This document shows positions 44,189-62,531 of a DNA stretch of 64,000 nucleotides, in pieces. The stretch is from Chrysomallon squamiferum (lineage: Eukaryota > Animalia > Mollusca): the NCBI GenBank assembly GCA_012295275.1, contig CM022668.1:12028001-12092000 (forward strand), in the 5' to 3' direction. The notes beneath the pieces were generated by a model. That model ran no database searches. It had not been told where the DNA came from and worked only from the letters and a program-made list of their open reading frames with translations. The stretch's first letter is position 1; each line of letters begins with the position of its first letter. Made by a program: the position numbers and the translations under genes.

Positions 44189-44665
44189 TTTTCTAAGGAA
44201 AATCACTGGTAAAGAAACACAATACATTTAATGTTTATATTTTTCCGACTACCGAATTAAGTTCCTTCATATTTCGGCAATTCTCGCCATTTTTATGACG
44301 TCATATATACTTTTTTTTTACGTACGCTGTTTTGATGTCACGTTCTGTATAGACAGCGGTTATACGAACTAAAAAAAAATATATATAGGACGATTCAGGA
44401 CATACCATTAGTAAATATTCTTTTGACTGAAACCTGGTACTCACAAAGAGTTGATTTATTAATATTCCCGAGCAAAAGTTTAGTTAGTGTAAGTACGCGG
44501 GATGTTAATTTAACGATATCGTTTTACCTCGTTATTTAAAGAGAAACGGCGCGCTATTTTTCATTACTTTTTTTGCTCAGCAAAACTTGATTTATCTAAA
44601 ACAGTGGTATGTATATTCCTGTTCATGTCAAGGAAAAGGCGCATATATTCTTGCTTATAATCAGT

Positions 44666-45032
<367 letters not shown>

Positions 45033-45356
45033 AAAAGAAAACTAAAACAAACAAACGCATGTTAAATATAGAATATTTTATTATATAAAGAAACGCTCTT
45101 TCACCTTTTCTCCATTTTCTGTCTTTCACATACAGTCGAACATGTTCAGTTTAACAACCATCAACCGATCGTCTTAATTTTAGCGATAATTATATTTATT
45201 TGAAAATTTTCTTTCTTTCTTTTTCTATCCCTTATACCACTACTGCTAGTACTACTACTACTTCTAGTACTACTCCTTATTTTTTTACTTATTTATTATT
45301 AGTAGTAATTGTGTTTTTTTCTTTGATCTTTTGTTTTTTTTTTTTTTTCAGTAGGC

Positions 45357-47865
<2,509 letters not shown>

Positions 47866-48834
47866 ACATACACATATATAACGATACATATGTAACGTAC
47901 GTAATACATAATCACACACACACACACACAGACAGACATGCATACAGACAAACAAATATACAGAGATAGATATACACATGGATGTTTGTGTGTATGAACG
48001 AGTGACTGTGTTTCCAAATTATATAATTTTTGTATACGTTTCTATAAGCGCCTCTTTAAATAATTTTTATTTATTTACTTTTCTTAAGTTGTTGTTTGAC
48101 AATTATAAAAAACTACAGAAGAATTATTTGTAATAACAGAGCTTGCATCCATCTCTTTTCCTTCTTTTTTTTCCATTTTGCTCTTCAACTTACCGTTGTC
48201 CCTGGTAACTGTTTCAGCCAATAAAACAAGCGTAGTGAAGGCAGCTCGCTGATAAAATCGTTCATCAATCCAAGACAAATGTTCACGTCGTCCAGAGGCC
48301 AGATTTCTGATAACGACTGCAGGTTAGACGAAAGTAAAAAGAAATTTTGTTATTATTATTATTATTATTTTTTTTTTTAACTGGTTTCTGTATATTTAGT
48401 TTTTGTAGGTTTCTTATTTACTTGTCTAGATACTGACGAACAACAGTAACAAGAGAAAAACACATAAAACAGACACACACACAGAAAAACAAAATATATA
48501 TATATATTTAAAAAATCGATAAAAAAAAAAAATAAAAGATAATCAAATAAATCAAGAAAAAACAAAAATACTACAACAACAACAACAACAATAAAAATAA
48601 TATAAAATAAGAAAATAAATAAAAATAATAATAAAGATTATAATAATAAAATAATAATAATAATAACAACAACAATAGTAAAAAATATACAAATATAAAT
48701 AAATTAAAAAATAAATAAATAACAGCAATAACAACAACATTAATAATAATAACACAACAATAATAATAACAACAATAATAACAAAAACAATAATAACAAT
48801 AACAATAATAAAAAAATAATAATAATAATAATAA

Positions 48835-48865
<31 letters not shown>

Positions 48866-49546
48866 CGACGTCAGCGACGATGTTGTTAACGATGTTGTTT
48901 TTCACACAGGGCTGTTGTCGCAGTGAAGAGAGAGGGTTTCTTCCTGAGAAGAAGAAATTCTTTTTGTGAGATCAGAACGCTACACTGACGTCAACACTAC
49001 AGAAACACACACACACACACAGACAAACGGATCAATTCGAAATAAAAATACTGTTTAATAACTATACATATTTATCATTATTTATCATGGAGGTTTATTA
49101 TTAAAATTAAAATTTTTATATTGTCGTTATTATTTTTATTGTTATGGTTGTTGTTGTCGTTGTTGTTGTTGCTGTTACTGTTGCTGTTGTTGTTACATAA
49201 ACTAGAATTGTTAGAAATGAATGAATAAGTGTATGATGATGTTCTGCAGCAATTAATATATAAGTAATTTAATTTTCACGTATAGTTACATTATTTATGC
49301 AGTATATTGCTTCTTACAAGATCGCGAGCGTAAAATATCATAAAATAAAAATAAAATAAAAAAATAAGAAAAATAAACAAATAAACAAGAACAATCTCCC
49401 ACAAAAAAAAAGAAGAGAAGAAGCCCTTTGTTATAATTATTAACATTGTTTTGTCATTCATTCTTTCTTTCTTTTATTCTTATTTATATATTTTTAAATT
49501 AACGGTTGCTAGATGCCCACTTGGTACACTATAAAAAGAAAAAGGT

Positions 49547-49671
<125 letters not shown>

Positions 49672-50034
49672 TGAATGAATCAGACAACGAAAAAACGCAA
49701 AAAAAAAATATCGGTTACTGTCATAAGAGAGAGAGAAAAAGAAGAGATAAAAAAAAAAAAAAAAGAACATCCGAGTCCATCTTCCTCTGTCTTATCCCGA
49801 GTGTAGTTTGAATGCAGATAAAATCCACCAGTCTTTCCGAACTGCATTAGCATCTGTTATATGTCACGTGCAGCCTGCTTTATGACGTGTTTCTTTTGAA
49901 ATAATAGCACATTGTAACAGGAACGATCGTGTTTATTCTGAAATATGAAAAATAGTAAATAAAGAAATAAAGAAAGAAAAATACAAGAAGGAATATAAAA
50001 ATTAAAACTAAAGAAAATAAATAAAGCATAAACC

Positions 50035-50083
<49 letters not shown>

Positions 50084-51162
50084 ATTGTTTTTTTTTTTTT
50101 TTTTTTTTTTTTACTAGCATCATCAATAATATTGAAAAAATAAATATGTTTGCTTATATCACACCTATTTATAATGATGACGGTAGGCAAAATGAAATGA
50201 AATGAAACAGAATAGAATAGAAAAGAATAAAATAAAATAAAGTAAAATATAAAATAAAAGGAAATAAATAAAATAAGATAAAATAAAATAAAATATAAAA
50301 AAGGAAATAAATAAAACAAAATAAAATAAAATATAACAAAAAAAATAAAATAAAATAGAATAAAATAAAATAAAAGGAAATAAAAATAAAATAAAATAAA
50401 ATAAAATAAAATAAAATAAAATAAAATAAAATAAAAATAAAAGGAAATAAAAAAAAAGGAAATAAATAAAACAAAACAAAATAAGATGAGATAAAATAAA
50501 ATAAAATAAAATAAAATAAAATAAAATTACACAAAATACAAAAATGAAATGAAATAAAACAAAATGAAATAAAATAAAATAAACTACAATATAATAATAC
50601 ATTATGCAAAACACAAAATAAAATAAAACAAAATAAGATAAGATAAAATAAAATACAAAAAATACAAAATAATATCACACAAAATACAAAAATGAAATGC
50701 GGTAAAATAAAATAAAATAAAAAAAAATAAAAAAATAAAATAAAACACTAAAATAAAATAAAAAAATATAATAATACATTATACAAAAAAAAAAAATAAA
50801 AAAATAAAAATGAAATAAAAAATAAAAAAAAATAAAATAAATAAAATGAAGCAAACCTCTATCGGCAAAGCTCGCGTGTCTCAACTAGACAAAACGTTGC
50901 TTGTAACGCTAGGAATGGGAAGATTTCGGCACAGCCTAGAAGATGGGGAATTCGTTTTAAAACAATCTAAATATTGGAAACGAGAGAATGTTTGGATGAG
51001 TAATTCGTCTGTGTCGTGTCTCTGGGGACAGGAATTTTCTACCTGAGTCTGATTTACCTGCCTGAGGTGTGATGTTGGTTTTCTTACAGGTAAGTCGATA
51101 TAAAAATTTACCTGTAAATTGTTAGCGTTTCTTTGAATAGAGAGGTATGTACTATTACGTTA

Positions 51163-51199
<37 letters not shown>

Positions 51200-52319
51200 C
51201 TTATTATTATTACTATTATTATTATTGTTATATTATTATCTTCATCATCATCATCATTAATATTATTTATTTATTTATTTTTTTCATTCAGTTAATTATT
51301 ATTAAATATTATGTCTATTTCACCATATATATTATATATGGGTTTTTTTATCATTTTTATCCAAAACTTCTGTTTCTTTTTCAAAGTTTATTTCTTTTTT
51401 TTATTCCAAGTATTCTAGAAAGAAAGAAAGAAAAAATTATAATAAATAAAATTAAAGACAATAATACATAATTTAATTCAATTCTGATTTGTAAAAAAAA
51501 AAAAAAAAAAAAAAAATTTATTGAAATTATTATAAATTTTTTCGCAAATTTCAAATCACATTTTACTTACTGTAAATTCATCGTAATTCTGATAAAGTTA
51601 TGTTTAATTTATTATTATTGTAAAACTGTTATGTTTGGGTATGATTTGTAAAGTAAAATAAAATAAAATAAAATAAATTAAACATAAATATATAATGAAA
51701 TAAAAAGATAGAAAGAAAGAAAGAAAAAGAATAATTCAAAGAAAAGAAGATGTTAATAATACTACTACTACTACTACTACTACTACTGATGATGATGATG
51801 ATAATAACATTTGTGTAAATTAAATAATTAAAAAGTAAACTATCTACCCATTTCCTCAGAAAATCTCACATTTCATTGAAATGTATTATGGAAATTTATA
51901 TAAAATCTCAAAATTCCAGCTGTTTAGATTACTGAATAAATGTAAAAACAACTCATTTCAATAATAAATAAAATTATTAAAAGAAAAAAATTAAGATAAA
52001 TATTAATGATACCTCTAATTAATTTCAAAAATGTAAAAATTACAAATTTTACTTCTTTATTATAAAAAAAAAACGTCCATCCAAAAAATATAAATTATAA
52101 TAATACTTTAAAAAATTCCCTAGAATTACCTGTTAATATTTCATAACACGATTTAAGTTCACAGTAACACTGTACGTAAATATTATATTTCCCTGTTTAC
52201 TTTATTCAGATATTTAATCATTTTTATTTGCAAACATATAAAAAATAACATAAAATCTGTAAGACTAATATTATCACATAGCCTCAGGGACAGGACTATT
52301 GTAACATCAAGGGGAACCT

Positions 52320-52633
52320 GGGGCGGATCCATTTTTTCTGATGGGGAAGGGGTTTCCATGACAAAAAGGGCACTAACATATTATGAAAAGGCACTACTGA
52401 AATATTGCACACGGTTCACATGGACCATAATATAATAGTGCTACAACAGGGATGCTGGCAAACTTATTCTAAAGTGTTCTATACATTGACGAAAACATTA
52501 AAAAATAAAAAAATTAATTAAAAATTAAATTTGTGAAATTTTTTTTTTTTTTTAAATTAAATAAAAGGGGCACTTCTAAAATTTGTGTGGGTGGGGTTCG
52601 GACACCTTGGACCCCCGCCTCTAGATACGCCCC
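52320..52633. mobile_element. MITE-like non-autonomous DNA element with short terminal inverted repeats
   Basis: Ends are ggggcggatcca and tagatacgcccc (reverse complement ggggcgtatcta). Internal aaaa(g)ggcact repeats, about 314 bp, no coding capacity. No clear target-site duplication. Confidence 0.65.
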
Positions 52634-52699
52634 AAGGGACATGATGGAATCTGTGGGGGAAAACAAATGGAGTATGGTGGGGCTCGTACTGATATATAA

Positions 52700-53365
52700 C
52701 AGAGATAAGAAAATACAGTGAATACAAGAAAGGAGGGTTGATATAAACATTAAGGGTAGGTCTGTTAGAGAGAGAGAGAGAGAGAGAGGGTGTGGGGGTA
52801 GAGATGTTAGGGAGTGGCACAGATAAAGAAATAAGAAGATGAAGGGAATATCAGAACTGAGGTTTGATGTAAATTTGAAGGGCATCTCTGTAAGAAAGCT
52901 AAGAGGGTGATAAAAATTTGTTTAGGTATGGTACATATAAAGAAATATTTAGATGTAGAGTTATTAGAAAAAAAAAAGGAGGGTCTATATAAACACTAAA
53001 TGCAGGGATGACAGAGAGAGTGGTAGAGATATTGGGTGTGGTTATATATATATAAAAAATATGAGAAGGTGGGGATATCAGAAAAATGAAAGGGAGACTT
53101 GATATAAATATTAAAGGCAGGGCTTATAGAGAGAGTGGTACAGGTATTGGGTGTGGTTATATGTAAAATATATATGAAAAATGTTGGGTTATGAGAAAAA
53201 ATAAAAGGGAGAGTTGATGTAAATATTAAGGACAAGGCTGACAGGGAGGGTGATATAGATGTTTGGGGTGGGGTATAATTGTAAAAAAATATAAATAGGT
53301 GGGGTTATTAGAAATGTGAAAGGGAGGGTCGATATACACATTAAGGCTAGGGCTGAATGAGAGTT
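52700..53365. repeat. Degenerate purine-rich ~115-125 bp tandem repeat, about 5-6 copies
   Basis: Recurring aaagggagngttgatataaa(c/t)attaagg..agggct..agagagagtggta.ag.tattgggtgtgg. Confidence 0.75.
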
Positions 53366-53693
53366 ATTAAGGATAAAGTTCGTAAAGAAATTAATTGTGA
53401 TACTGATATAAGCACCTCTTTTTTTCCATGTGTCTTTAACTTTGTCCCTTCTGTGTTAGTGTATCAGAAAAAAAAAAAAAAAAAAAAAAAAAAGAAGAAG
53501 AAGTAAAAAGAATAATGGATAAAAAAAAAGGAGAAATATATTAAAATAATAATAATAATTACAAAAAATACCATTAACAAAAACAACAACAATAATAATA
53601 AAAATTCTGACGATAATAATAAACATTTAAAAGATTATTATTAATTATTTTATTTTTATTATATATTTTCAAACAACAAAGTATAATTTTTAA

Positions 53694-53735
<42 letters not shown>

Positions 53736-54232
53736 TTTTGTTTTGAAAAAAAAAAAAAAAACCCGACCCCCCCCAAAAAAAACCATAAAAATAATAACCA
53801 TTAAATAAATAAGAAAAAAAAAAAAAAAAACAACAACAAAAACAACATTAATTTCACACTTTCTAATAACGCTAGGGCCTAACAAAGACGGGTTTTGAAA
53901 GATATTGATTTTAACAAAGTGAAACAATGTACACGTTTGTGTGTAAACATCAAACAAAGAACACATTGTATTAATCCTCTGACGCGACTGACGTGTTTCC
54001 ACAACAAAAACACTTTTCTGTTTGTTTTCGTCTTTCACTTTAACACAATGTTTTATCTTTGACTGCTACCATTTTTCGAACAATTTTCTCTCGTTTTAGT
54101 CGTCTGTCTGTCTTTCTGTCTGTCGTTTTTCATTTCTGAGTCATTATTTTTTTTCTCCTGTTTGTGTTTATGTTACGTCTCTTCGTCTTGTGTTTGTCTC
54201 TGTCTTTAATCATCTCATTCTCTTTCTCTCTT

Positions 54233-54270
<38 letters not shown>

Positions 54271-54923
54271 TCTTTTTGTCTAACTCTTTTTCACACATCT
54301 CTCTATTTGTTTTTTTTCTGTCTCTTTTTTTCTGTATAAAACTCTTTTTTTCTCTTGTTTCCTTTTTGTCAAACTCTTTTTCGTTTTTCTTTTTTCTGTC
54401 TTTTTGTTTTTTTAGGCATTTATTTCTGTTCTTCTCATTATTTTTCATTCTTTTTATTTTTTGCGATTTCTTTTGTTTTCTTTCTTCTGCTCTCTTATTA
54501 TTTGTTTATTTCTTTGTTTATTTGCTTCTTATATTTTTCATCCTCTTTTTCCCTTTTCGGCCTTGAAAAAGAACGTCTTAAATCGTACAAACAGAAAATG
54601 CATATTTAGCCTCCAATTCTAACCCTGATTTTTTGTAGTCTCGTACAACACAACCGTTTGCTTTTGACTTTCGTGATAATTCGGCTTCCTCCGTAACATT
54701 TCGTATCTACACGGTAATTCCAAAAACAATAACTCCCGATCAAAAGTAAATACGGATTTAATGTACAAATTTATCAAACGGTTTCACCATGGAGACTTTT
54801 AAACATAGTCAAAGTGACGTATGACGTTTTTGATTACCTGGAAATGTCTACGTACATTGGCTATGATTATTCTAACTGCGAAAAGTCATTATTCATAATA
54901 ACGATTATTTAACCAGTGTAGTG

Positions 54924-54974
<51 letters not shown>

Positions 54975-55196
54975 TTCCAGATCTTTTTCTTTGGTTTTGT
55001 TTATTTTAATTAATTATTTAGATATTTATTGTACAAAAAGTTAGTCTCTTTCATTCTCTTGATTTTTATCTATTTGTCTACCTGTTTATCTGTATTTCTT
55101 ATCCTTCTTTCTGTTTGTCCCTTTGTTCGTTTCTCTCAGTTTCTCGCTCTGTACACAAGTTTTTCCCGTTATAACTTTTTCTCTCCCTCTCACACT

Positions 55197-55289
<93 letters not shown>

Positions 55290-55390
55290 ACAATCCTGGA
55301 CATAACTATATTGTTCATAGTACTAAGGTTTCAAAACATGTAGTTTTATTTACTTGTCTGAAACTAACAGTATAACTGTCTAGACCAAAC

Positions 55391-55464
<74 letters not shown>

Positions 55465-55943
55465 TCATTCATACTGTCTGTCAAGATTCAGTTTTAATCT
55501 TCTCTGCAACATTTACATATAACCGTCTGCACATATTTTTGTTGTCTTTTGTTATTACGCTGCAGCCAGTATTGATGCATTAAATATTATACCATTGCTT
55601 TAACAGCAAAGACATGATTACAAACAGAAAAAAAATATCAAAGGAAAATATTACATTGTGTAACAATGTGCATAATAGTGGCATCAGTCAACTTCTGTAG
55701 GTCATTTGGTTCTTGGGCTGTTTTAAATAACAATTCAGCTATCAGAATACATAGAACAACACTGCTTGGTTCGATACTTATAAATATTTGAAAACCAAAT
55801 GGAGAAGACAAAATAAAATGAAGAAAGTCAAATGAGAACGGGAGTAACACAGAGAGAAAGAAAGAGAAAGATATACGGACAGAAAGAAATAAAGAAAATT
55901 AAAGACACAGAGAGGGATACTCAGAGGTGGAACAAACTTTGTT

Positions 55944-56016
<73 letters not shown>

Positions 56017-57883
56017 ATAATATTTTATTCTTTCAGGGTTTCTTATTATTTATTTATTTTTAAATTAAATTTAAATGTAAATAATGTAAATATCAGTCTT
56101 CGTGCTTCCAAACAAGCAATTTATTTTGCTATCTTATTTATAACTCATTATCATTATTGTGCAACCGTGCAAAACCCCCAGCATGTTACCTGAATCAGCA
56201 TTTAACAGTATTCATATTTTCCTTAAAATTTAAATAAATAAATTTATAAATATTATTTCACATCAATTTACAATTATGTGGCCGACATTTTGCAGCATTC
56301 CTCTGTCGTTATGCAAGACAAACAATATCTCGTGTCGTTGCATCAGACTGTGACGTCATAACACGATCGGGAGGGGGAGGGGGGCAAGAAAATGGCGGCT
56401 GTGAATAGTAGTTTTGTTCTAAGCGATTTGCAGCATTTCGACAGCAAACACGAACGTTTTTTCAAGGCTAAAAGTCAGCTTGCTGTCATAAATAGAACAA
56501 AACAAAATACGAAACAAATTCGCTCGCCTGATCACGTAATGTTAATTTCGCGAAGTGACGTTGGAAGGGCACATGTTGCAATTTGTGTGTGGTTCTTTAG
56601 AAAAATGTTTTCAGAAAAACGTTAAACGAGTGTTTTGTGGTTCGTTCGTTTATGAAATACAAGCAGCTGGCGCCGTGATGCAGTTTGTAGCTAGTTTTCA
56701 GGGAACTGGTAGTGACATGGTATCGTTCACTGAAGCATGTTTTGTTGTAATATGTTAATTGTTTTCTAGAAAATAGCATCAATAAGCGAAAATGTTAATG
56801 TTTGTAGAACGGGGGTAAAAAAATGTTTCAAGCTTGGTGTTGTAATTAATTGTTAGTTGTTTATAAACTATTGTTTTTTTATGGTTAAGATATTTATGTA
56901 TGTGTGTGTGTGTGTGTGTGTGATATTTTCAACCTACTCATTTGTAATTCTTACTTTAATTCTTTAATTATTATTGTAATTATATTTGTAATTACACTTA
57001 TTTCCCGAGACATTACAAAATCACTTGAAATAAAGTTTTGTAGATTCGTAAAAGATTATAGCACAAAAATCTATCTATAATTTATTTTATCATATCTTGT
57101 CATATCATATTGTATATCATGTCATATATAAAATTATGTCATGTCATATATATTACATCATATTATATCATATTGTATCTCATATCATAAAATATATATC
57201 TTATATATCACAACATGTATGATATGATATCATATTAAATTCTGCTGTTGTCTTGCCATGCTCTGAATTATCAAAGCAAAGCAAACAAAACCAAATAATT
57301 TAAATAAATATATAAAATAAAATAAAATAAAATAAAACGGCACAGTACTTCGAAAAGCAAAGACAAAAATAATATTTCAAATCATAACTATATTTATTTT
57401 TCTCTTTGTCGTGTCTTTAATTTTTAAAACCAAAAAAAAAAAAAAAAAAAAAAAATATCACACTATGCTGTGATTCCGTGAGTATCTTATTTTCGTTGAC
57501 AGTCGTATTTCTCTAGAAAAGCGGAGGTCATGCTTAATGTGACACGAATTTCACAGTTGGGCTCGAAGATTGTTGCCACAAAAGGCGTGTTTGAACCGAG
57601 TTTGAATATAAGAACGTTAATCTTGAGCCTCAACATTGATGATGGGCTACGTTATCGATTCGTTGGTTTAAAAGAAAAAGGGGTAAAAAAACAAAAAATA
57701 AAAAATAAAAAAAATTAGAAGAAAAAAATAAGGAGAAGTGTTTTCAAATTTGAGGCGAGGTTAAGTAACAGAGGTGGTTTTGTTTTGTACATAATGTCAC
57801 TGTGGGTAGCTATTTTGTTTATTGTAGTTATGTGTCTTGTCTTTTTGTTTCTTTCTTTGTTTCTTTTTTTTCTTTTCTTATTT

Positions 57884-57947
<64 letters not shown>

Positions 57948-58006
57948 AATTTTCTTTGTTGGTTATTGGTGGCAACGAAAGGATACTTTTGTTTGATTTA
58001 TCGTTT

Positions 58007-58086
<80 letters not shown>

Positions 58087-58165
58087 AATGAATAATTATG
58101 TAAAGATGCGTCTTGATTGATGTGTAATATGCAGAGGCAGCTTCAATAGCAAAGCAATTACATTA

Positions 58166-58198
<33 letters not shown>

Positions 58199-58294
58199 AA
58201 ATAGTAGTAGTAGTAGTAGTAGAAGTAGTAATTGTAGTTCAAAAAGTAATGATGATGATAATGATGAATAATTAAATAAATAAGTACTAGGTAA

Positions 58295-58331
<37 letters not shown>

Positions 58332-59146
58332 ATATTATTATTACTTGAAATATTATTATTATAATAACAACAATAACAAACAACAACACAAACAACACTA
58401 ACAACAACACAAACAAAACAACAACAGCAACAATAACACACTGACACAATCAGACATGTCATTCAACACTCTGTACAGTTATGGTTATCGATCCGCTAGA
58501 CGTGGTTCTGGTATATCAAAGAGACAAAACAATGTTTAGCATTGTGACGAGCCTCGAAACGTTTCCAAAATTTTAAAATATCAACAAATATTCTAGTTTA
58601 TCTTGATGTGCCCGATTTACGGGTGACAAATCTCATTATTCTGCAGCTTTTGCTTTGAATGTGGGAACCCCTCAGACAAGTGAGTTCTTTTTTAGTTTTT
58701 TTAGGAAAATACACGCACGAATTAATACAATTTTTATATTAATTACGAAAATAGACTGGCAGAAAGTCCATTGTCGTAGAAATTTAATGACGAGTTTGTG
58801 TAAGGTTGGGTAATAAAGTATTAATTATTTTAAAATGGAGTGAAATTAAATAATAGTTATGATGATGATTATTATCATATGTATTACTATAATTGCATTT
58901 ACTGCTACTACTACTACTACTACTATTATTACTACAACTACTGTTGTTGTTGCTGCTGCTGTTGCTACTACTACTACTACTATAAGTACTCCTACGATTG
59001 CGTACTGTTATGATTCTATATTATTATCGCCATTGTTATAATTATAATTATCTTAATATAATTTTTATTATTACTGTTATTACTACCACTACTACGATTG
59101 TACTCCTGCAACAACTACTACTTTATCATTATCATCGTCATCATCG

Positions 59147-59234
<88 letters not shown>

Positions 59235-59441
59235 TAGTGTTGTTGTTGTGTTGTTGTTGTTGCTGCTAAAGCTGTCGTTGTTGTACTTATTATTGCTGTT
59301 ACTATTTTCTCATTTATCTTCGTCTTCTTCTTCTTCTTCTTCTTTCTTCATACTTCCAAAACAAACTTCATCCTTATAATTTTCGCAAACAATACAAAAT
59401 CTACTTTCACAGTTGACTATAAAATTTGCAACTCATCTCTG

Positions 59442-59472
<31 letters not shown>

Positions 59473-59735
59473 AAATTAAAGAAAAAAAAAGATGGAGTTG
59501 AAAAAGAAATTAAAATCCATAAACCGGAAGAGAATATTTACTTTTCTAATCGCGTCTATTATCACCCAGTTAAAAATGTCGCTGTTATGAAGAGTGAATT
59601 ATTTACATTGTGGGCGGCCATTTTTGTTTGGTTACACACTCAGGTTGATATTGCGTGATTCAGCGAGGTGTCGCGGAAACCATCTTTGTTAAGAAATAAG
59701 AAAGAGAGAGAACAGAAACACACACACACATACAC

Positions 59736-59827
<92 letters not shown>

Positions 59828-60507
59828 AATTGAGAAGAGTGTAGGAAAAAGTAAAGGACAGAATAACAATAAAAGAAAGAGAATGAGACTTAGAGACAGA
59901 CAGACAGACTAACAGACGGACAGATAAATACGTAAGCATATAGACAAAAAAGACAAATAGACACATGGAGAGATATATTGTGGATGTTTTTGAATAGATA
60001 TAGGTTTTAAAAAAAAATGGATTGTTTGATGATAAACAGGTAGATATAAAAGAATTGATTTATTGACGGAGGGATATAAATAGAACCATAGAATTATATT
60101 AACAACAAGAAATAACGGAATTAATTTATTCCATAAAATGAACAAAGAAACAAATAAACAAACAAACGAACAAGCAAATAAATAAATAAATAAATACTAC
60201 TGTTATTGTTAATAAAAGTCTAGGAAAAAAGTATTTAATTCTTTCTTAGCAATTTGTTTGTGCTGTGTTCTCAAAATCTCGCCAAGTTTCCGAAATATCT
60301 CGAGAATCTCGTAAAAAAAACTATCTGTGTTAAGAATTCCGGTTTCCGGTAAATTTCGTGATCTTTGATAATCAAAGTTCAGGCTGTTTCTTCTTCTTCT
60401 TCTTCTTTTTCTTCTGCTGTTGCTGTTGTCGTTGCTTCTACATCATTTTCTATTATAATGATTTATACGTAATCGCTGACGTCTTCATCATCATCTTGTT
60501 GTTGTTG

Positions 60508-60560
<53 letters not shown>

Positions 60561-60845
60561 GGTCAGAAAGCGAATTTTGAATAAGCAAATCAAAACAGCA
60601 TTATTGTACAAAGGTAATTTCTGTTGGAACAATTACAGAAAAACACCTTGACGATTTAAAAAAAAACAAAAAAAAACAACAAATTCAGTTAATATGATAG
60701 GATGTTAATTAAAACGAATTCTGATGTTAAAACCCTCCAGCAATTAATTCAAGATGCATTCTGGGAGCTGAAGCCTGTCGCAGAACCTAAATATCCAACA
60801 GAAATACTTCAGAATTATTAATACATTTTCTATTCCTTTCCTTAG

Positions 60846-60981
60846 AGGTCAAAGGTCAATACCTCTGTAGGTCAGAAGTCATTAATCAGCAAAAGCTATT
60901 CGCGTTAATTAAGTCTACCTTGACATCGCCACTATTTTCGCCACGAGTGAAAATGTCACGACCTCTCTGGGCCAAAGGTCA
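60846..60981 (+). promoter_or_regulatory. Pair of nuclear-receptor DR1 elements
   Basis: AGGTCAAAGGTCA at 60846-60858 and GGGCCAAAGGTCA at 60969-60981. Confidence 0.5.
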
Positions 60982-62418
60982 TTAGCTTTACAACGTCATA
61001 CGCGTCAGGCATGAAGAGACGCGCGAAAAGAGGACCAGTCTTGTTAAGAGTTTTTGACCCTGATTTCGTACAAGAAGCGAAGCAGACGACTTAAAATGAA
61101 AACATTTCGGAAAATGCGGGTTTTTTTTTTTTTTTTGTGACTCGCCATGTTTGCCAATATTGACAATGTTCCCGAGGCCCCGTGAACAAAGAGAAGTGTG
61201 TGTGTTTTGGGAGGCTGGGGGCCAACACAATATCTAAATCTTTGTACAATAATTGTTAATGTAGACGAAAACGAGAAAAAGCGAAGAATAAGTAGGGTGG
61301 TTTTTTTTGCTGAAAGGAGTTACCGGCTGTTTCTGTGGGGGAAAAAAGTTGCAGTTTGTCATTAGAAAGAAGTTATGGTGGATTTTGTTAACATCAGATT
61401 TTTTGAAATATGTAAGTAATCTGTTCATTTCAATTCGATTTAAACATTTTAAATACCAAAGCTAAACAGACTGCAAAAAAATCAAAATGGTAGCGAAGAC
61501 TGCATTATTATTGTTAATACTGATGTTGCTGCTTCTGTTACCACGCTACCACTACTAATGCTATTGCTGCCGCTGCTACTACTACTACTACTGCTACTGC
61601 TACTGCTACTACTACTGTAGTATCGTTACTGTTACAATTACAAAACTACTGTTACTGCTGCTACAGGTACCAAAAGTTCCGTTTTAATCATAATTCATAT
61701 TTTGATTTTAATTTGTTTCCTTTTTTTCTCATAATTGGTTTAATTAAATTTTGTAGTTATAATGACATTATATTTTTTTTTACTTTTCTCTCTCTTTTTT
61801 TCTGTCGTTCTTTCGCTTTGCTGTCTCAAAATTAGAATAAATACACAAAATATTTAATTTCTATTTATAATTTTGCGGTTCGCAACGTTTATTGGTGGAA
61901 ATTACCTAAAGATAACGTATTTTTATTTGTATATTTATAATGTTTTATTATTTTTAATAATACCGAACCTTTATACATTGTTAAAATTCTGGGAGGTATT
62001 ATAAATCAAATATTAAATATCATTCTCGAATGAGTCAGTACAAATAAATGCTACTAGACAGACGTAAAAAGAGGTAAACACCAAAACAAAACAGGGATGA
62101 CACACCCACCCTCCACCCTTAGAGAACAAAGGCTACGACCCTGAAGAGCTTGGAACTGTGCCCGGGACAGAACAGTTCTTAGAAATGTTTCGTTTGTCAG
62201 ATGTGATTCCAATATTTACCTCTAGTCTCGATTTAAGATAAATAATTTTTTCCCTTTATTCTCTTCCTTGATTTTTTTTTTGTTTTGAATTTTCGTACTT
62301 TGGTCTTTCTGTCTTTTTCCCTTCCTGCGTGTCTCTTCTCCCCCCCCCTTTGTGTCTCGTACCCTCCATTTGTTTCTTTTTCTCAGTCTATCGCCCCTGC
62401 TGTTCTTCACTTACTTTC

Positions 62419-62531
<113 letters not shown>

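Noticed and set aside
48910-48969. Candidate terminal exon for the Ig gene (GCCRSEERGFLPEKKKFFL*)
   Set aside because: A good acceptor is present, but I found no phase-compatible upstream donor, so it is left out of the gene model.
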